64,000 bases of DNA from Trichoplax adhaerens (lineage: Eukaryota; Animalia; Placozoa), in NCBI RefSeq assembly GCF_000150275.1, contig NW_002060943.1:7944066-8008065 (forward strand), read 5' to 3'. Numbering within the stretch: the stretch's first letter is position 1; each line of letters opens with the position of its first letter. The notes beneath the pieces are model-generated. The model was not told where the DNA came from, ran no database searches, and saw nothing but the letters and a program-made list of their open reading frames with translations. The translations under genes and the position numbers were made by a program. Below, piece after piece: positions 49,625 through 63,700 of the stretch.

Positions 49625-50372
49625 TTATGGAATATGTAACATGTTGCTATCGATGCAATATGTAAGACTTTTGTTCGAAGTGGTTATTTATTTATTTATT
49701 AATTATGCTGTCCTTGTATCATTTTCCTTGAAATATAACTACATTTTTTCTACCTACAGTCTTGAACATATTTCCGTTTATAGGATAAATCGTTACTAAC
49801 ATTTTATTCTTTTTACATTATCGAATATCATAGATTTAGATATTATACCTAGCTTTTTAGGAAGTTAAAATATACTTAAAAACTAATGTAAATAATTAGA
49901 CTCCTCCGATTGAATAAATATTTCTATCAATGAATACTCTGTATATCACGATACATTATTAGAGAGCTAACTTCACGTACTTGGAGATATGTCCTTCATT
50001 AAGGAAATAGATCTATAGTTTAAAAGTAACGTATAGTAGCTACTGAATATAGATAAATATATATACGATTGAGTCGTCGCTTGTACTATTAATATCTTTT
50101 ACAATGACTCGTAGTTTCAAAAGATTTCAATTCTTTTATGACATATTCATATATCATATTTAGACTTTGCTACAATATCGTGTAATAATTGGGTTTTTTG
50201 TAATGATTTGTTATGTATGTTAAGCAAGCTTATCGTATTGGGAAGGAATTATGAAATCAAGATGATATATAAATAGATTTATATAGATATAACGATTTTA
50301 AGATTTGCTGCGTGATTATGTTAAGTACTGTGAAAGACATCAATTAATATTCTTTATCTTCTCTACATCAAT

Positions 50373-53300
50373 TTAGTACTTTTTTGTAATCATTAATGTA
50401 GTTAATAATCTTTCCATGGTGTGACTGCAGTAACAAGGACAACTGATAATTTTCATTTGATTTTCAAGTTTTTCCATTTCAGTCACTTTATCTGTTGATA
50501 AATCATTAAAAATGAATAAACTATAAGAAACATTTTGCGAGTCATTATCTATTAGTAATAAGTCTATGAAGAGAGGAGTAGTACTGAAATTATTCTATCT
50601 TTTAACCTTTTTTGTACAAAAGACTTATAGTAAAGAAAGACCGCATAATTTACGGTATTAACTTAAATAGGAATATTATATTAATTGAAGAAAGACAAAG
50701 ATGATTGTGGGAATGATTAGCTTACCTTTTGTAGTTATACCAAGGTATTTAAATTGGCCTGTTAAATCTAACAAGTTGCCGTATTGGAAATCATCTAAAG
50801 TTAACAGTTTTAAGTTGAATTTCCTGAAGCTTGCGTTTCCTTTCCATGAATGAATTTCAAATATTTCTGTTTGAGTATTTTGGATAGCTAATTGAACTTT
50901 ACAGTTGTATTGGGATGGAAAAGAAATATATCTGTAGACGCGATAAATGACCGCTGATGGTGGTGTTTTAGTGGATATAGGTGTAGTTGAAACAGTGGTA
51001 GTCGTAGACTGAGGGTCTTTAATTTCTATTGATAATATTATATTGAGCCAAAAAGAATTAAATATTCTATAGTGATTTGCTCTATTCATTCATCAACTTA
51101 ATGTTTACTTGGTCAAATAGAAATCAGTCAAATTATAGCGAAGTGGGAAAACGTTAAATTAATATATTTTTACCAGAGCAAATCTTGCAGCAATGACCAT
51201 CTATTATTTTCGGGTTATCACATGGATATATTGTAGGGCAAATTACAGGATTACACGTCACTTTACCATTCTAACCGTGAGATAATTTTCACCATTATTA
51301 CTAATTTATAGGCCGATAAAGAAAAGAGCATTTTTTTAATCGATACTATACGAACTTGGCAGTGGCAGTCTATACAGTTCATTGGACCAAGAGGAGGTAG
51401 AACTGGATGCCAGGTTTGTCCATGTCTCTTCGTTAGACCATCAAATTTACAACCTGAAGATAGCAAGAATAATCAAACTGCGTTATGGATAATAAAATTA
51501 ATAAGTTAAAATATAATTACAAGATATGATATTAATATTATGGAACACTACTAGTATACAATTAAACAATAATGATGTATCATATCTAGTTCTAACTCTT
51601 TTTCGGTTTATCTGTAGTTGCCATTTGCAAACTCGGTTTTGCAGTTTGAAACAAATTTGAGGTTTCATTGCTAGGTACTATAGTTGAATTTGGAGATTCT
51701 AGAGAGAACAAAAGGATTCAAGAATTACTCTTTTCTTGCAATAAAGTACTACGATAGTCAATAAAGTAATTTATTTTATTCATTTGTCTAAAAATACGCA
51801 GTATATATCTTATCAAAAATGAACTGATTAAGAAATGGAAACAAAATTACCTTCATACGTTGTGACAGAGCTTTTATCGCAAACTGAACAGCAACCACCT
51901 GATGAAAATGATGACTGACTATTGCAGTTGAGCTCTGAGCACCGAATTTTTCGACAATTAACTTCACCTTTCTGAAAGGCAATACGGTACCGTTAGCCTT
52001 AAACTCTTTTATGAAATTAAAGCCTTCTATACACTTATACTATCATAAATGTATACTATTTTAGAAGAATATTACTTAATGTACTTATGTGGCTAAAATT
52101 GTTTACTGACGTTGCAAACACATTCATAACATGGGGAATATCCAAATGGCTGGAAATATGGATGCCAAGGCGAGTTTTTAATATAACTGTTGCCCATATT
52201 AGCACATGGACTCATTTCTGTCTCTAAAAGCATAAAAAATGTAATTTAAAGATGTTGTAGGAACAGATACTTATACCAACATTCTATCTATTTCGACGGC
52301 AATTGTAAATTGGGTTGGTATGAATCGATCTTTAGACTATAACATTTTTATCGATTATGTTAAATGTGATCAGCAAGATTTTCTCTTACTAAAACTTTCA
52401 TCTTTACACACTGGACAGCAGGTATTATTATTTTGAATTTGATTTTTGCACTTTAAAATTGGGCATTTTCGAGGAGAACAAAAAACTCCACCACTCTAAT
52501 TGATATCAAAATACAAATATTTACCAAATTCGCTCTATACTATTTCACTATATCCTTACTCTATGTTATAACTGTGAGTAAGACAAAAACAATATCGTAA
52601 ATAGGAGCAAGAATACATCTAACATATTCAAATGATTCAGTAGATTTAATAATTTACTTGGATAATTATAGTAATTATTCTTATATCTCGAAAATCTATA
52701 ATGGAAATTACGATAGTGCAGGACATTTAGGGTAGATTTTGTGATATATAACATAGAGATACTGTAGTAATAGAGCAGTGCATATTGATTTACTAATCAT
52801 AAGGTTAGTTACTATTACATCTTCAAAATAGAAATATTACTGAAATCATGACAGAGCAATATGTATATACGATTTGCTATTATATTTTGAAGATACTTGC
52901 ATTATAAAAATCACGATATAGTAATGTATATATAAATTTAATAATTTGTTGCGGGGCTTATTGCTATATTTTGAAGATATTACTGTATAAGAATTAATAT
53001 AGAGAATTTTACGCTAATTACCAACAAATGCAAAATATTTATTGAATTCACCCCATTACATTTTATTGTAATGTATATCATAATTTTGATCGGAAGTGAA
53101 ACGGTTATGTAAATAACCCATAAATAAAACTATGTCTATGATACCCATATGTGTAATCTAGTAAGATTAATAATTTACTAGGGGTAGTTATTACTCTATT
53201 TTAAGAATATTATAAGAATTGTAATATTTCCAATAGATTAAATGACTTACTAGATAATTTTATCTTGAAAATATTTAAACTACAGAAACTATGATTAATA

Positions 53301-56300
53301 TTGCGTAAGATATGAATGATCATCGCTGTAAATTAGTTCTCTATCGATGGATATATTAAGAATCTTGATAATTTTGGGGTTGAATGATTTACTAGAAAAG
53401 CTATTAATGTATATTTGAATATAGGAGTAGTATGATAGATTAGCGCTCATGAATTTAAAAATTTATCAAGACAGTTGTATCCATTTATTTTGGTAGATTG
53501 ACTGATAATACAAAATAGCGACTGATGCTATTTAATAATACTGATGAAATTCTAACAGTTTAATCGATTTAATAATTAATTGGGATAGGAACTACTCCAT
53601 TTATTTTTTATTGGAAAATAAGCATTAAAAAATCATAATGGGGTTCATTAATGGTGGTTCCATTAATTAATTATAGTTGCTAATCCTCATACGTATATAT
53701 GATACAAACTGAATACGACGATATCAATTGCTAATCTAGTCAATAGCAAAATTTATCAGTAAGAAAGCCAAATTACCACTTAGGAAACCTATAAATGAAT
53801 CTCTCCATTATCGAATTGCCTGCGATATTGATATAAAGAACTGAAACTCAGGAACTAAATTGTGACAACTTTAAATACTTACGATGCAATTGCATTCGAT
53901 ACACTGACGATCACGAGTAGCTGTAGGCAATTTTCTTTTATCTGTAGAAAGCCAACATTGTCCACTGTTATAATCTTTGCCTAAGAAATGGCAAGTGGGT
54001 TGTTGGTAGCTGGCAGGTGGAGATGATGTAGCAGCCATGACCTCTGGGTCATCTATGAAATGCGTATAGAATTTACATTAATCATTGCATAATTTTATTT
54101 TACAATTATCATACGTTGTGCATATATCATTGCTGCAGCAGATCCTATAATGTATTCTTACATAATTTAGCCGAGAGCAAAAGAGATTTGTCGTAGAAAA
54201 AATTATATAAAATCATTCGCCAATATTGTAGAGTATTTTTTTAACGTTATTGTTCTGTTAAGTTCGAGTATATTAAAAATTGATGATAAGATTTATTACA
54301 GGATTGTGGCAAAGTAATTAAATAAGCATGTTTTAGATACCTTTATAAATTGGCCATCATCTACTCGTATAACAAATAGTAGAATATTTTTATTCCAAAA
54401 TCGAATATATCAAGGTATAGAATTATTATATAGAATGTATTGTTAGTGTTATTAAGGAAATATTTGTTTTATGCTTAATTCAAGCAAGGAGGAAATTAAT
54501 ATTAAAAAATCGGTCTCGATGTTTAGGAAGAAAGCTGCAATGGAGTAATTTTAGCCGACACGATCTGAATACATTAAAGCGAGATCCCATGTTAGGGCTT
54601 TACGTCGATAAAGTATTACTATAGTCGGATATTTATTACAAGACATAGTTGGTATGATCATAGTTTTAATTTAAAAAGGGGAAAGCCAAGGAATGAAGTT
54701 ACCACGCAGAATAGCCAACTCATGACCAAGGCTCGTGATTTAAGTGTTATGAGTCTCTTTTAGGGTTCTATATTGACCGAATATTACTACTAGTAGTAAA
54801 ATACTTTATAGCCGATTAAAATTTCTTACTAATAAATTACATCCAGTACATTTTTTACTCCCATGTAGTGCAATATTAGGATCGTTCTAAAAGGGAAAAA
54901 ATGATGAATTGACTGCAGGAATTAATGATAGGTGCCATGAAAAATGATCAACTGCTCTATAAAGGCTGTAGCTATAGCAATGCCTGTTTAACGATTGTAG
55001 AATGACTATGCTAGCAGTAAGAGGCTTTCATTAAAGATTTTTCAATTTTTCAAGGAACTCATACAATTCTTAAATCCAATAAAGAGTAACGTTAGTAATA
55101 TTCAATCATCTCAACTGCTTAAATGAAGAGTTTACTATCAAAATTATCGACGACAGTGATTCAAGAATTAGCATCTGCGAAGATTACAGTTTTGATGAGA
55201 ATAGAATCCCAATCAACTGATATAAGTTTGTTCTCTATGACGTAAATAAATCGACCATAGACTACTACAGTAGTAGAGTATTTTAATTTCAATTTTAGTT
55301 TGTCTAGGCTATTTTTAACTTTTGTAGACAATAATATTGAAATTATTTATGAATTTGATAACTAAAGTGAGAGGAAATAAAAATCAAATTCATTAAGAGA
55401 AATCACAATAATTGCCGCACTAGGCTACAGCAAAGAAGTAGAAAAGATTTAAACAAACACCAACATATCCATCTTCCGCTGGCTAAACAAAATGGGTGAC
55501 CTTTTTGATGTATTTATATTTAATCCTGCTAGTCTATCTATCTTGGCATAGGCAGTAGATTTTCAACATTCATAATGAAATCACTGTATTACTTATGGCA
55601 AAGTGGTGCAAATAAAAGGACACTGGTGATAGTCGTTGATATGGAAGTTAGCATATTCAATTACCGACAATATCTATTATTAGATTGTATCATTATTGAC
55701 TTTATGGCTTCGCCTTTATTCTTAACTTAATACCCATAACGTAATTATTTGAGTTGATATTTTATTCTACTATTTTATCTGCCATAAAATTATCAAGACA
55801 GGACAGCTAAAGTATTCCTTCCGTATGGTATTAAGGAGAATTTATGCTCAATTCTTTCCCATATTACGCCTAATGAAGAATCTTGTTGTAGCTATTTCTC
55901 TGCTCTCCTCTTCCATTTTATGGTTGTACATATCAAAATAATGTTGATTTTCACCGTCTCGACACTACGAACTGGTTGACAACTCAATATGAATTAGCAA
56001 TTAGAAGTTAGCAATTAGATCAGAAAGCTGTGTGAAAAGGGTAAATTAAGAAATAAGATTCTTAGAATTCAATCGTGTAAGACTCTATAGAGAAGCTGAA
56101 GGAATGGGCAAAGAGATTAGAAAGAAGAAAATCAATATAAAGGCAGCCTATAATAACTTTTTGTCAAACGGTGCTAGGATAGATTTATCATACATGAGAT
56201 GGAAGTGAATAGAGTATAAACTATTAACGTGATCATAATAAAGAGTAAGTTACGATCAATCAATGAGCATATTCGTTTGACTGAGAATAAATGTGGACAT

Positions 56301-58999
56301 AGGATCAAATGAATCCTTTTCCCCTTTTTCTCTTTCTATGTATCTTAACTTCAATGACAGGAAGGTGAATAAAAGTGAATCGAAGAAACTATCCAGTTCA
56401 TTTAAACACTTAGTCTAATGTAACAACATACATACCTGGACATTGTGGGCAGCAACGGCCTGGTAAGACTGAAGGATTTTGGCATGTTGGCTTTTCGCAT
56501 TTGTTTTTCAGATCGACACATTCCACTGCTCCATTCTATAGGCATATGAAAGAGATTATAATTAAATCATCTTAAGCTCCCATGAATCTCTCTATTCATA
56601 GAGAAATAGCTTATCCAATGGATTAACTAGGGGTGAAAAGGGCATTCTTATTGGATCAGTGATCTAACACGAATGGCCATGATAAAAATATTATTCAATT
56701 CCTATGAATTTTTTTCTATCATTGTCGAGGACGATTATATCTATCTTTAACTTCAGCAAAGAATAAATTGAAAAGACGAAATAAGTTAATGAAGTTATTT
56801 CAGTGTTAGAAGCAGTAACCATTTGACTACTAAGATTGTCTCCATTCGCTCTTCCATGAACCACTAGAAGAAAACCTATTCTTCTAGTGGTCCATGGCTC
56901 TTTTCAATGGCTTGATTTAGGTGATATATGCATATAATTTATTCACAGCAGGGATCAACATGATTTCTGATGAATTTGTGACCCAAAATCAACATGTTAT
57001 TGTACATTGATTAGCTGCTAGAGGTATAAATCATTTACAGTAGATATTAATTTTTAGGTTCAATGTCGCTTTGGTTTATGGCTTAAAACCGATATCTACA
57101 CATGTAGCGAATTTTTCGACATTATAATGGAGACATTTTTTAAAAAACTATTTCGAAGTGCAATTTTACAATAGTGCTATCGATAGGAGATTGTATTGAT
57201 AATCATCTGAAAAGTAATACTTCGTGGAATGATTAAAATTAACTCTGTAATTTGCTTTTAGCTCTATTTGTGTACTTCTAAATATCCTACCGATTTGCAT
57301 GTACAAAGAATACAGTATGAAATTCCATAAGGTTGGAGGTTAGGATGCCATTGTTGACCGCAGTGATAGCGATCTTTGCCAAATTGGCAGCCACAAGATC
57401 TATAAGCTGAATGAGTAAAAATAGAATAGCAAATCGCAATTAGATATCAACTTGGGATAAGTAGCCAATAAATACAGCCATAGCAATAGACTAAGGTAAA
57501 AATAATAAAATGTGGGTATACTTTAATCCTACAAAATCAATTTATTTTTGATTGTGGTGCTTAATTAAAGATTAAAAATAAATCGGAATGGGTTTAAAGG
57601 ATACGAAAGGAGTAAAATTGGAATAGTAGAATAAAATCTAATATGAAAATCCATTCTTTACTCCCTAGGTGTTGAAAAATGGATACGAGATACTATCTTT
57701 GATCGTCATGGCGCAAGTTGAGAGAATTTTTTATAGTTATTATAGGCGTGAAAGACTATTAAATCATAGTAGTCACCAATTAACTCTATCAAATGCCAAT
57801 ATTGACCATAATGAAGTTTTTCTAGAACGGATAAACGTTTTTAAATAATATAAAGTAATCCGAGATGAATTTGATATAGGTTAGACTGTACGGTACAGTC
57901 ATATGTTATCCACATACTGTATAGGCCAAAAATTAATTTTCAAAGAAGTATTTTTCACTAGGTATATGGTATCTAACTATATACTAACGAATAGAAAACT
58001 TCTTATTGGACTATTATGACAGTACGGAATGAAATTTCTACACTAAGGACTTTTACAAGACAGATATCAAACAGATATAACTTGTCCTAGGCATTGAAGA
58101 TCTCATAAACTACAATTCTTTATTTAAACCTTTACTACGCATTTCTATAGCATTAGCTTTATATAAAAAGTGAGGCACTATGGACTTTTTAAGATAGAAA
58201 GTGCACTGTATTGCCCAAATATTAAGTAGATAAAACTTATCTTAAGCATTAAAATCCTCATAAACTACATTTCTTTTTTAAACGTTCACTACGCATATCT
58301 ACAGCATTAGCCCTATATCAAAGAGAGGCATATGACTTTTTCAAGACAGAAAGTGCTTTACATTGCCTAAATATTAAATAGATATAATTTATCTCACGCA
58401 TTAAAATCTTTATAAAGCTAGAATTCTTTTTAAACGTTTACTACGCATATCTATAACATTAGCCCGGTATGAAAGTTAAGCATATAAATAAGATATACCC
58501 GTAGTAAAGTCAGATACTTATACAGTTATGTACGCGTAGGTACTAACCTGATGCCGAAGAGATAGACAGCCAATAAAACAGTATGATGTAGTGATAGTAG
58601 CTAGATTTTTTAATTTAGAAATCAAACTTTAGCTCATTCTATAATGTTATGCGTTAATTTCAGTTTTTAAATTTACTATAAATTAATAAAAATATAAAAC
58701 ATGCATGATCACTACATAAATTTAAGTAAGAAAATAGACAAACAGAATTAAAGCTGTTCAAAAAATGATAATATTGGCTAATGGCAATATAAATCGAACA
58801 TCGAAAACATGAACTATCTATATTAAATCTCTAATTCTTTCCATTCCCTAATATCTTAAAGTACAGCAATTTTCGTTTTAAAAGTTAGCGATATTTTATT
58901 CCTATTGCTAACCATCTAGATATTATCTAAGAATGGATTCTTGGATAAGTTATAAGAGGATAAATATCGTAATAAAAATATATACCGTGCTAGCAACAT
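50373..58999 (-). CDS. CHRDL: Secreted chordin-like BMP antagonist: signal peptide, 4 VWC/CR domains and a CHRDL1/2-type C-terminal domain (13 exons)
   Basis: Phase-consistent exons: 58986-58999, 58548-58600, 57291-57406, 56436-56535, 53883-54052, 52390-52495, 52111-52223, 51851-51971, 51597-51698, 51356-51453, 51174-51270, 50726-51025, 50373-50491. Signal peptide MLARYYHYIILFYWLSISSASA. VWC1 CQFG...WHPNLQPYG..CILCTC...CCPQC; VWC2 CHFLG...CIECNC...CCPVC; VWC3 WHPYFQPFG..CYECVC...CCSVC; VWC4 CKFDG...WHPVLPPLG..CIDCHC...CCKIC. Confidence 0.9.
58040..58475. repeat. ~153-bp tandem repeat (about 2.7 copies) in an intron of the chordin-like gene
   Basis: The unit ATAAA(G)CTA...TTTAAAC.TT.ACTACGCAT.TCTA.A.CATTAGC starts at ~58105, ~58260 and ~58412. 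Confidence 0.88.
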
Positions 59000-60785
59000 G
59001 ACGAAAATGCGGAAGAAATGATAGTAGATAGTTTTTAGTAAGATTGTTTCTGTACGTTCAGCAATGATATTTTTGTAAGTTAGATATCATTGATCAATGA
59101 TGTATATTATTATACTCTTGGTGTACTTTTCAACTATGCCGCAGTTGTTATTACACGTTCAATCTTCAATGGACACGCTTGCTTGTTAATTTCTAAATTA
59201 ATGGGTAAGAAAATGTAATCGCATGCATTCTTTTTTGTCGCGACGTCAATTTTACACCTTAGTAGACAGAATGACGACAGTGGGTTGTTTGTTGTCGTTC
59301 TCTACAAGGTACAGGATAACGAACAATCAATTCTAGTAGAGAGGGGAAAAAGAATAAGAAAATGATATCATTTGTATATCCTTATCGTTTATAACTAACC
59401 TACTGCAGCAATAGTTCATCAGTATACCACAGATTAGATATGCTAATAATAACAATTGACGTAGAACTGTTTAGGATACCTTTCATTAATTGATTGAACA
59501 TGAAAGAGAGTGAATTTAGCCATTGACCAGCAATAACTGCAATTTTAATAAATATATAAATAGACGCTCATACATAGTACACATACAACAAGCAATAAAA
59601 TACAATCGACCACCTACTAGCACATTTACATTTTCTACAAATTTAATGTGTGTTGATCAGGACAATAATCACCTAGTGGTCAGACATGTTGGCGTTGTTT
59701 GACTAAGGTATTAATTTATTTTTTAATTAGTATCAGTTTACTTATTTGCTTAGTGATCTCTTTTTGGGGGGTACTCTGTTTATCAATCTCTGTCTGGACT
59801 CCATTAATTTTCGACTGTTAATGACTGTTACTCAGCTAAGACATTTACGGATCACCTCCGTGCAAATAATCGGCTCAGCAGTGGCCACATTCCTAATCAC
59901 AGTTATAACTTACAAAAACGATCTCCCATGATCTGTTGATGGCTTGCAATAGACTAAGAGGCGATGATCATGATTTTTCAAGATACAATCTAAGCCTATC
60001 TAGTATATCGTTGTAACTAATTTATTATTTCAAATCTCAAAAACATTTTATCAGCAAATTATAATAATAAGCAATGGCGAGCACGAGCACAGGATAAAGA
60101 AGATAGCATATGCTATTAAACATGGTAGGATTGATTGAATATTCAGATTGTACGTCACTGATTTAAATTGCTTATTATTATGCGCCAATATTATTATTTA
60201 TGAAGTAATTACTTCTGCACAAATAATGATAAATAAATGCCTTTTATAATCCCTTAATCGATTAAAAAAGCTATTAAAAACATCATTTATATAGATATAT
60301 TTATATAGTATATATTCGGCTACCTCATTCGTACTTCTAGCTTTGCCTTTATTAATATTCTCTTGCGATAATGATAATAAAAGATATCTATACAATTGAC
60401 ACCATGAAAGATGTCTAATTACAGTAACGACAACAATGAAATTGACTTCCAATAAAACATGCAACTTCTTCGTTCCATGTATCAAGAATAAGAAAGGAAA
60501 CATCCGTTAAGCAAGTAAATGAGAAAATAAAGCCCAGTACAGCAGAATAAGAAATTTTTCTTTTTCAAAAAAGTTCACTAGCGTATTTATACAGTATAAT
60601 AGAAAAGAATAGAATAGATTGAAATGTCGCGTGAGATTAATTTGTGTATAAAACAAGCGAATCAGTGAAAGACAAAACAAACAACAGAATAGATATTAAC
60701 TTGGAAAAATATTGTACATTAAAATGAAATACAAAACTAATTGCCAGCTTATAAAACTTTCATTGACTCATGCGATCACCGAATG

Positions 60786-63700
60786 TTAGACTGTAGCTTC
60801 GTTAACAACATCCTCTTCCGGCACGGCTTTCTATTAACGAATAGATTATGTATATAGATAGTTATAGATGTAATCAATGCAAATGATAAATAATGTGATT
60901 AAATTGTGATATTATTACTATCCTATTAACGTACTGAACTATCATAATTAAAGAATTCACGTATAATGCATTATTAATATCAAAATTATTAATTTTGCAA
61001 TATGTAATAATCATGACTAAAAATAAGGCATACCTCGGCACCTAAAACAACCGTTAGATCTTTGATCATCTCATCATAATTATGAATCATCTGTTCTTGA
61101 TATTTTCGCTGATCTTCTTTGATAATTTTTCCATTTAATTCTAATGCGTCACCACATAAATTCATAAATAACCTAAAAGCAAAATACATATAATTACATG
61201 TTAAAGATCTATATTTCAATATGGAATTAGTATTTCTCAACTAACAAATATCAAAGAACAACATACAATATCGTGCATCATCTACACCATATTATGGCTA
61301 TAATTAAAAAAATTACCGATAAACCGATTTTAGCTTTTCAACATGATGGCGTGCATAATTATGAACAGTTTTTGGACTTAAAAAAGTCTTCGCATAAGCC
61401 ATCGGGCCAGCGTTAACCTTTCAAAGATATTATTGTATTAATAACAACACCATTGGAATATAATATTAAATGTATGCGTACAAATCATTATAGAATTGTA
61501 TCCTTAATGGAATATTTTAAGTATGATAAAAAATAACAATGGCTGTCTCAATTTACGCCAAACTCACTTGGACACTGACGCAACCCTGTAACACTAATTG
61601 TAATTTTTTCATATCAGGCGGGTCTCTTATAACCTCATAGAGTTGACTAATCTTATTTTGCATCTCATCGATAGCAACCTGTAATAAGAAACCCATTAGA
61701 GTCTACAGTACAGGACTTTTATTGTTTCTACCTTATCATTAGCAATTAATATCTACCTCCACAGGCGTCAGTTCAAATTGTTCTCTTTGGACGACTAATA
61801 GACGTTTCTTAATGTATGGGAAGAAGTGCGAAGCTAATAATTTAAGTTAGAAAAAAAGAAGACAATCACTGGAATGCATTTATATCTCGATAATATCGTG
61901 TTAGTAAGCGGTCAACAGCATCATAATTAATACCAGAAATAGTCAGCATTAAATTTTTAAAGATAAAGCACTTTTAGTTGTAGTAGTATTACATAGTCCA
62001 TACTTACTGGTTAAGACTGTTTTTCGTTTGTATTGCTCCGATAGAGCTCCGTGAGTTTTACCACTCAAAGTAAAAGGTGTTTCATACATAAATCGATGTA
62101 GATTAGTTGAACGTTCGAATTCAGTTATTCGATTTTCCAGCTCCTCTTCTTCAAAGTAAGGACTAACAAAGGTCACTTGTATATATATTTTTTTTTCATC
62201 CAACGTTTTTGTATCAACCTATTGATTGTCGGTAGATAAATTTAAGTATGCATTATAAGTAATCACTGTGATAATTCTGTAATACTGTCAGTTCTTCAAT
62301 AGTCTTCAAAAAAATAATGGTATAAATTTATGGATTCTATACCTGTCCCGAATCTTGAATAATCGCTACTTCTTTATTAAATCTCTTTCCGTACATTGCA
62401 CTTAGCCGCTGCGAAATTTCAGATAAGCCTGTAACTTTAGGCTCTTTATAAATATACTCCTTGCCACCATCATCTTCGAATTCCTTAAATTAATTTATTG
62501 AAATGAATTCGAAATTTAAAATTGTACCATACTAATCTTAATCATTTTAGTGTTCAATTATAATTTTATAGTAGGTGCATACCTGACCAAAAAATGAAAC
62601 ACGATAATAAGTTCCTAAAAATCGGTTACCGCTAGACATAACTTCTACAATTTTCTTGTAAGCTTCATGTAATTGACCATGAGCATCGGCTAATTGCTGT
62701 TTTATAGACAAAAATTAAATTACAGACACATCGATATAAATAATGATCTTAAAAAAATACTAAATACGCAAGTTCTATATATTAATCCTTCCATATACTT
62801 TTATCAAAAGCTATATTATTGTTGATCTGTATATCTTAACTCCATGATATGATACAATAAAAATGCAATATGTTCATTGGAAACTGCACATGGCTATTTA
62901 CTTGAAAATGTCGTTGGCGTTCGTAAATTGGTAATAATAATCGGTAAATTTCAGCAACCAATTCATAACGTTCAGCGATTGTTAATAATTTTACACATTT
63001 TTCCATCATTTCAACGTATAAATCCTGCATTGTAGAATTTTTAGCAAAAATATCAAAAACATGTGTCAATTACGAACGCTACATTTCTGATTACCAATAA
63101 TTAATATGAAGTACGTATTGATCGCAATTCTAATATATACCTCAGTATAGCCAATTACGTCTTCCGCTGCTTTATCTTCTTGTAAATTTTCTTCTTCTAC
63201 TATATTATTTGAAACTCGAGTAAAAACCCTACAGCTATGATCATAGTTCATTTTTCTTTGCATGTACTCCGCAATAAGCGCAGCAATATGCACTTGACAT
63301 AAGGCAGCCTATATAAAAGTATGTATTATCAATACAATTTTGCCATTGCTGCTGAAAAAAAATAACTCTTAAAGTATCTACCTCTGATATATTTCCATGA
63401 CTCTCGTGCGTTAAACACATTTGTTCCAGCCAATACTGACGAAGTTGAGGATTATTAACGTATGATTGAGCTAAACTATATTGAAGTTTTATTAAAAGTT
63501 CCGGGTCATCTCTATATTTCTGTAAATAGTAAAATAAATCAGATATCGTTCGATCAATGACTAAAACTTACAGATGCGTATAGACTATAGTAGTTAAAAA
63601 TACCTGCATTTTATTCATAGCTACTAAAACTGTCCTTAAACGCTTTAACAGGTTGTAGACTTGGCTCGGAAACAGGGTTTGCTAGTAAAAGTAGTTTATT

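Noticed and set aside
52111-52150. Suspected frameshift in chordin-like VWC3
   Set aside because: Re-reading gives GGA TAT TCC CCA TGT (GYSPC) in frame; the gene is intact.
60198-60503. 101-aa minus-strand ORF downstream of the DOCK gene
   Set aside because: AT-rich 3'-UTR/intergenic sequence with biased composition and no motifs.
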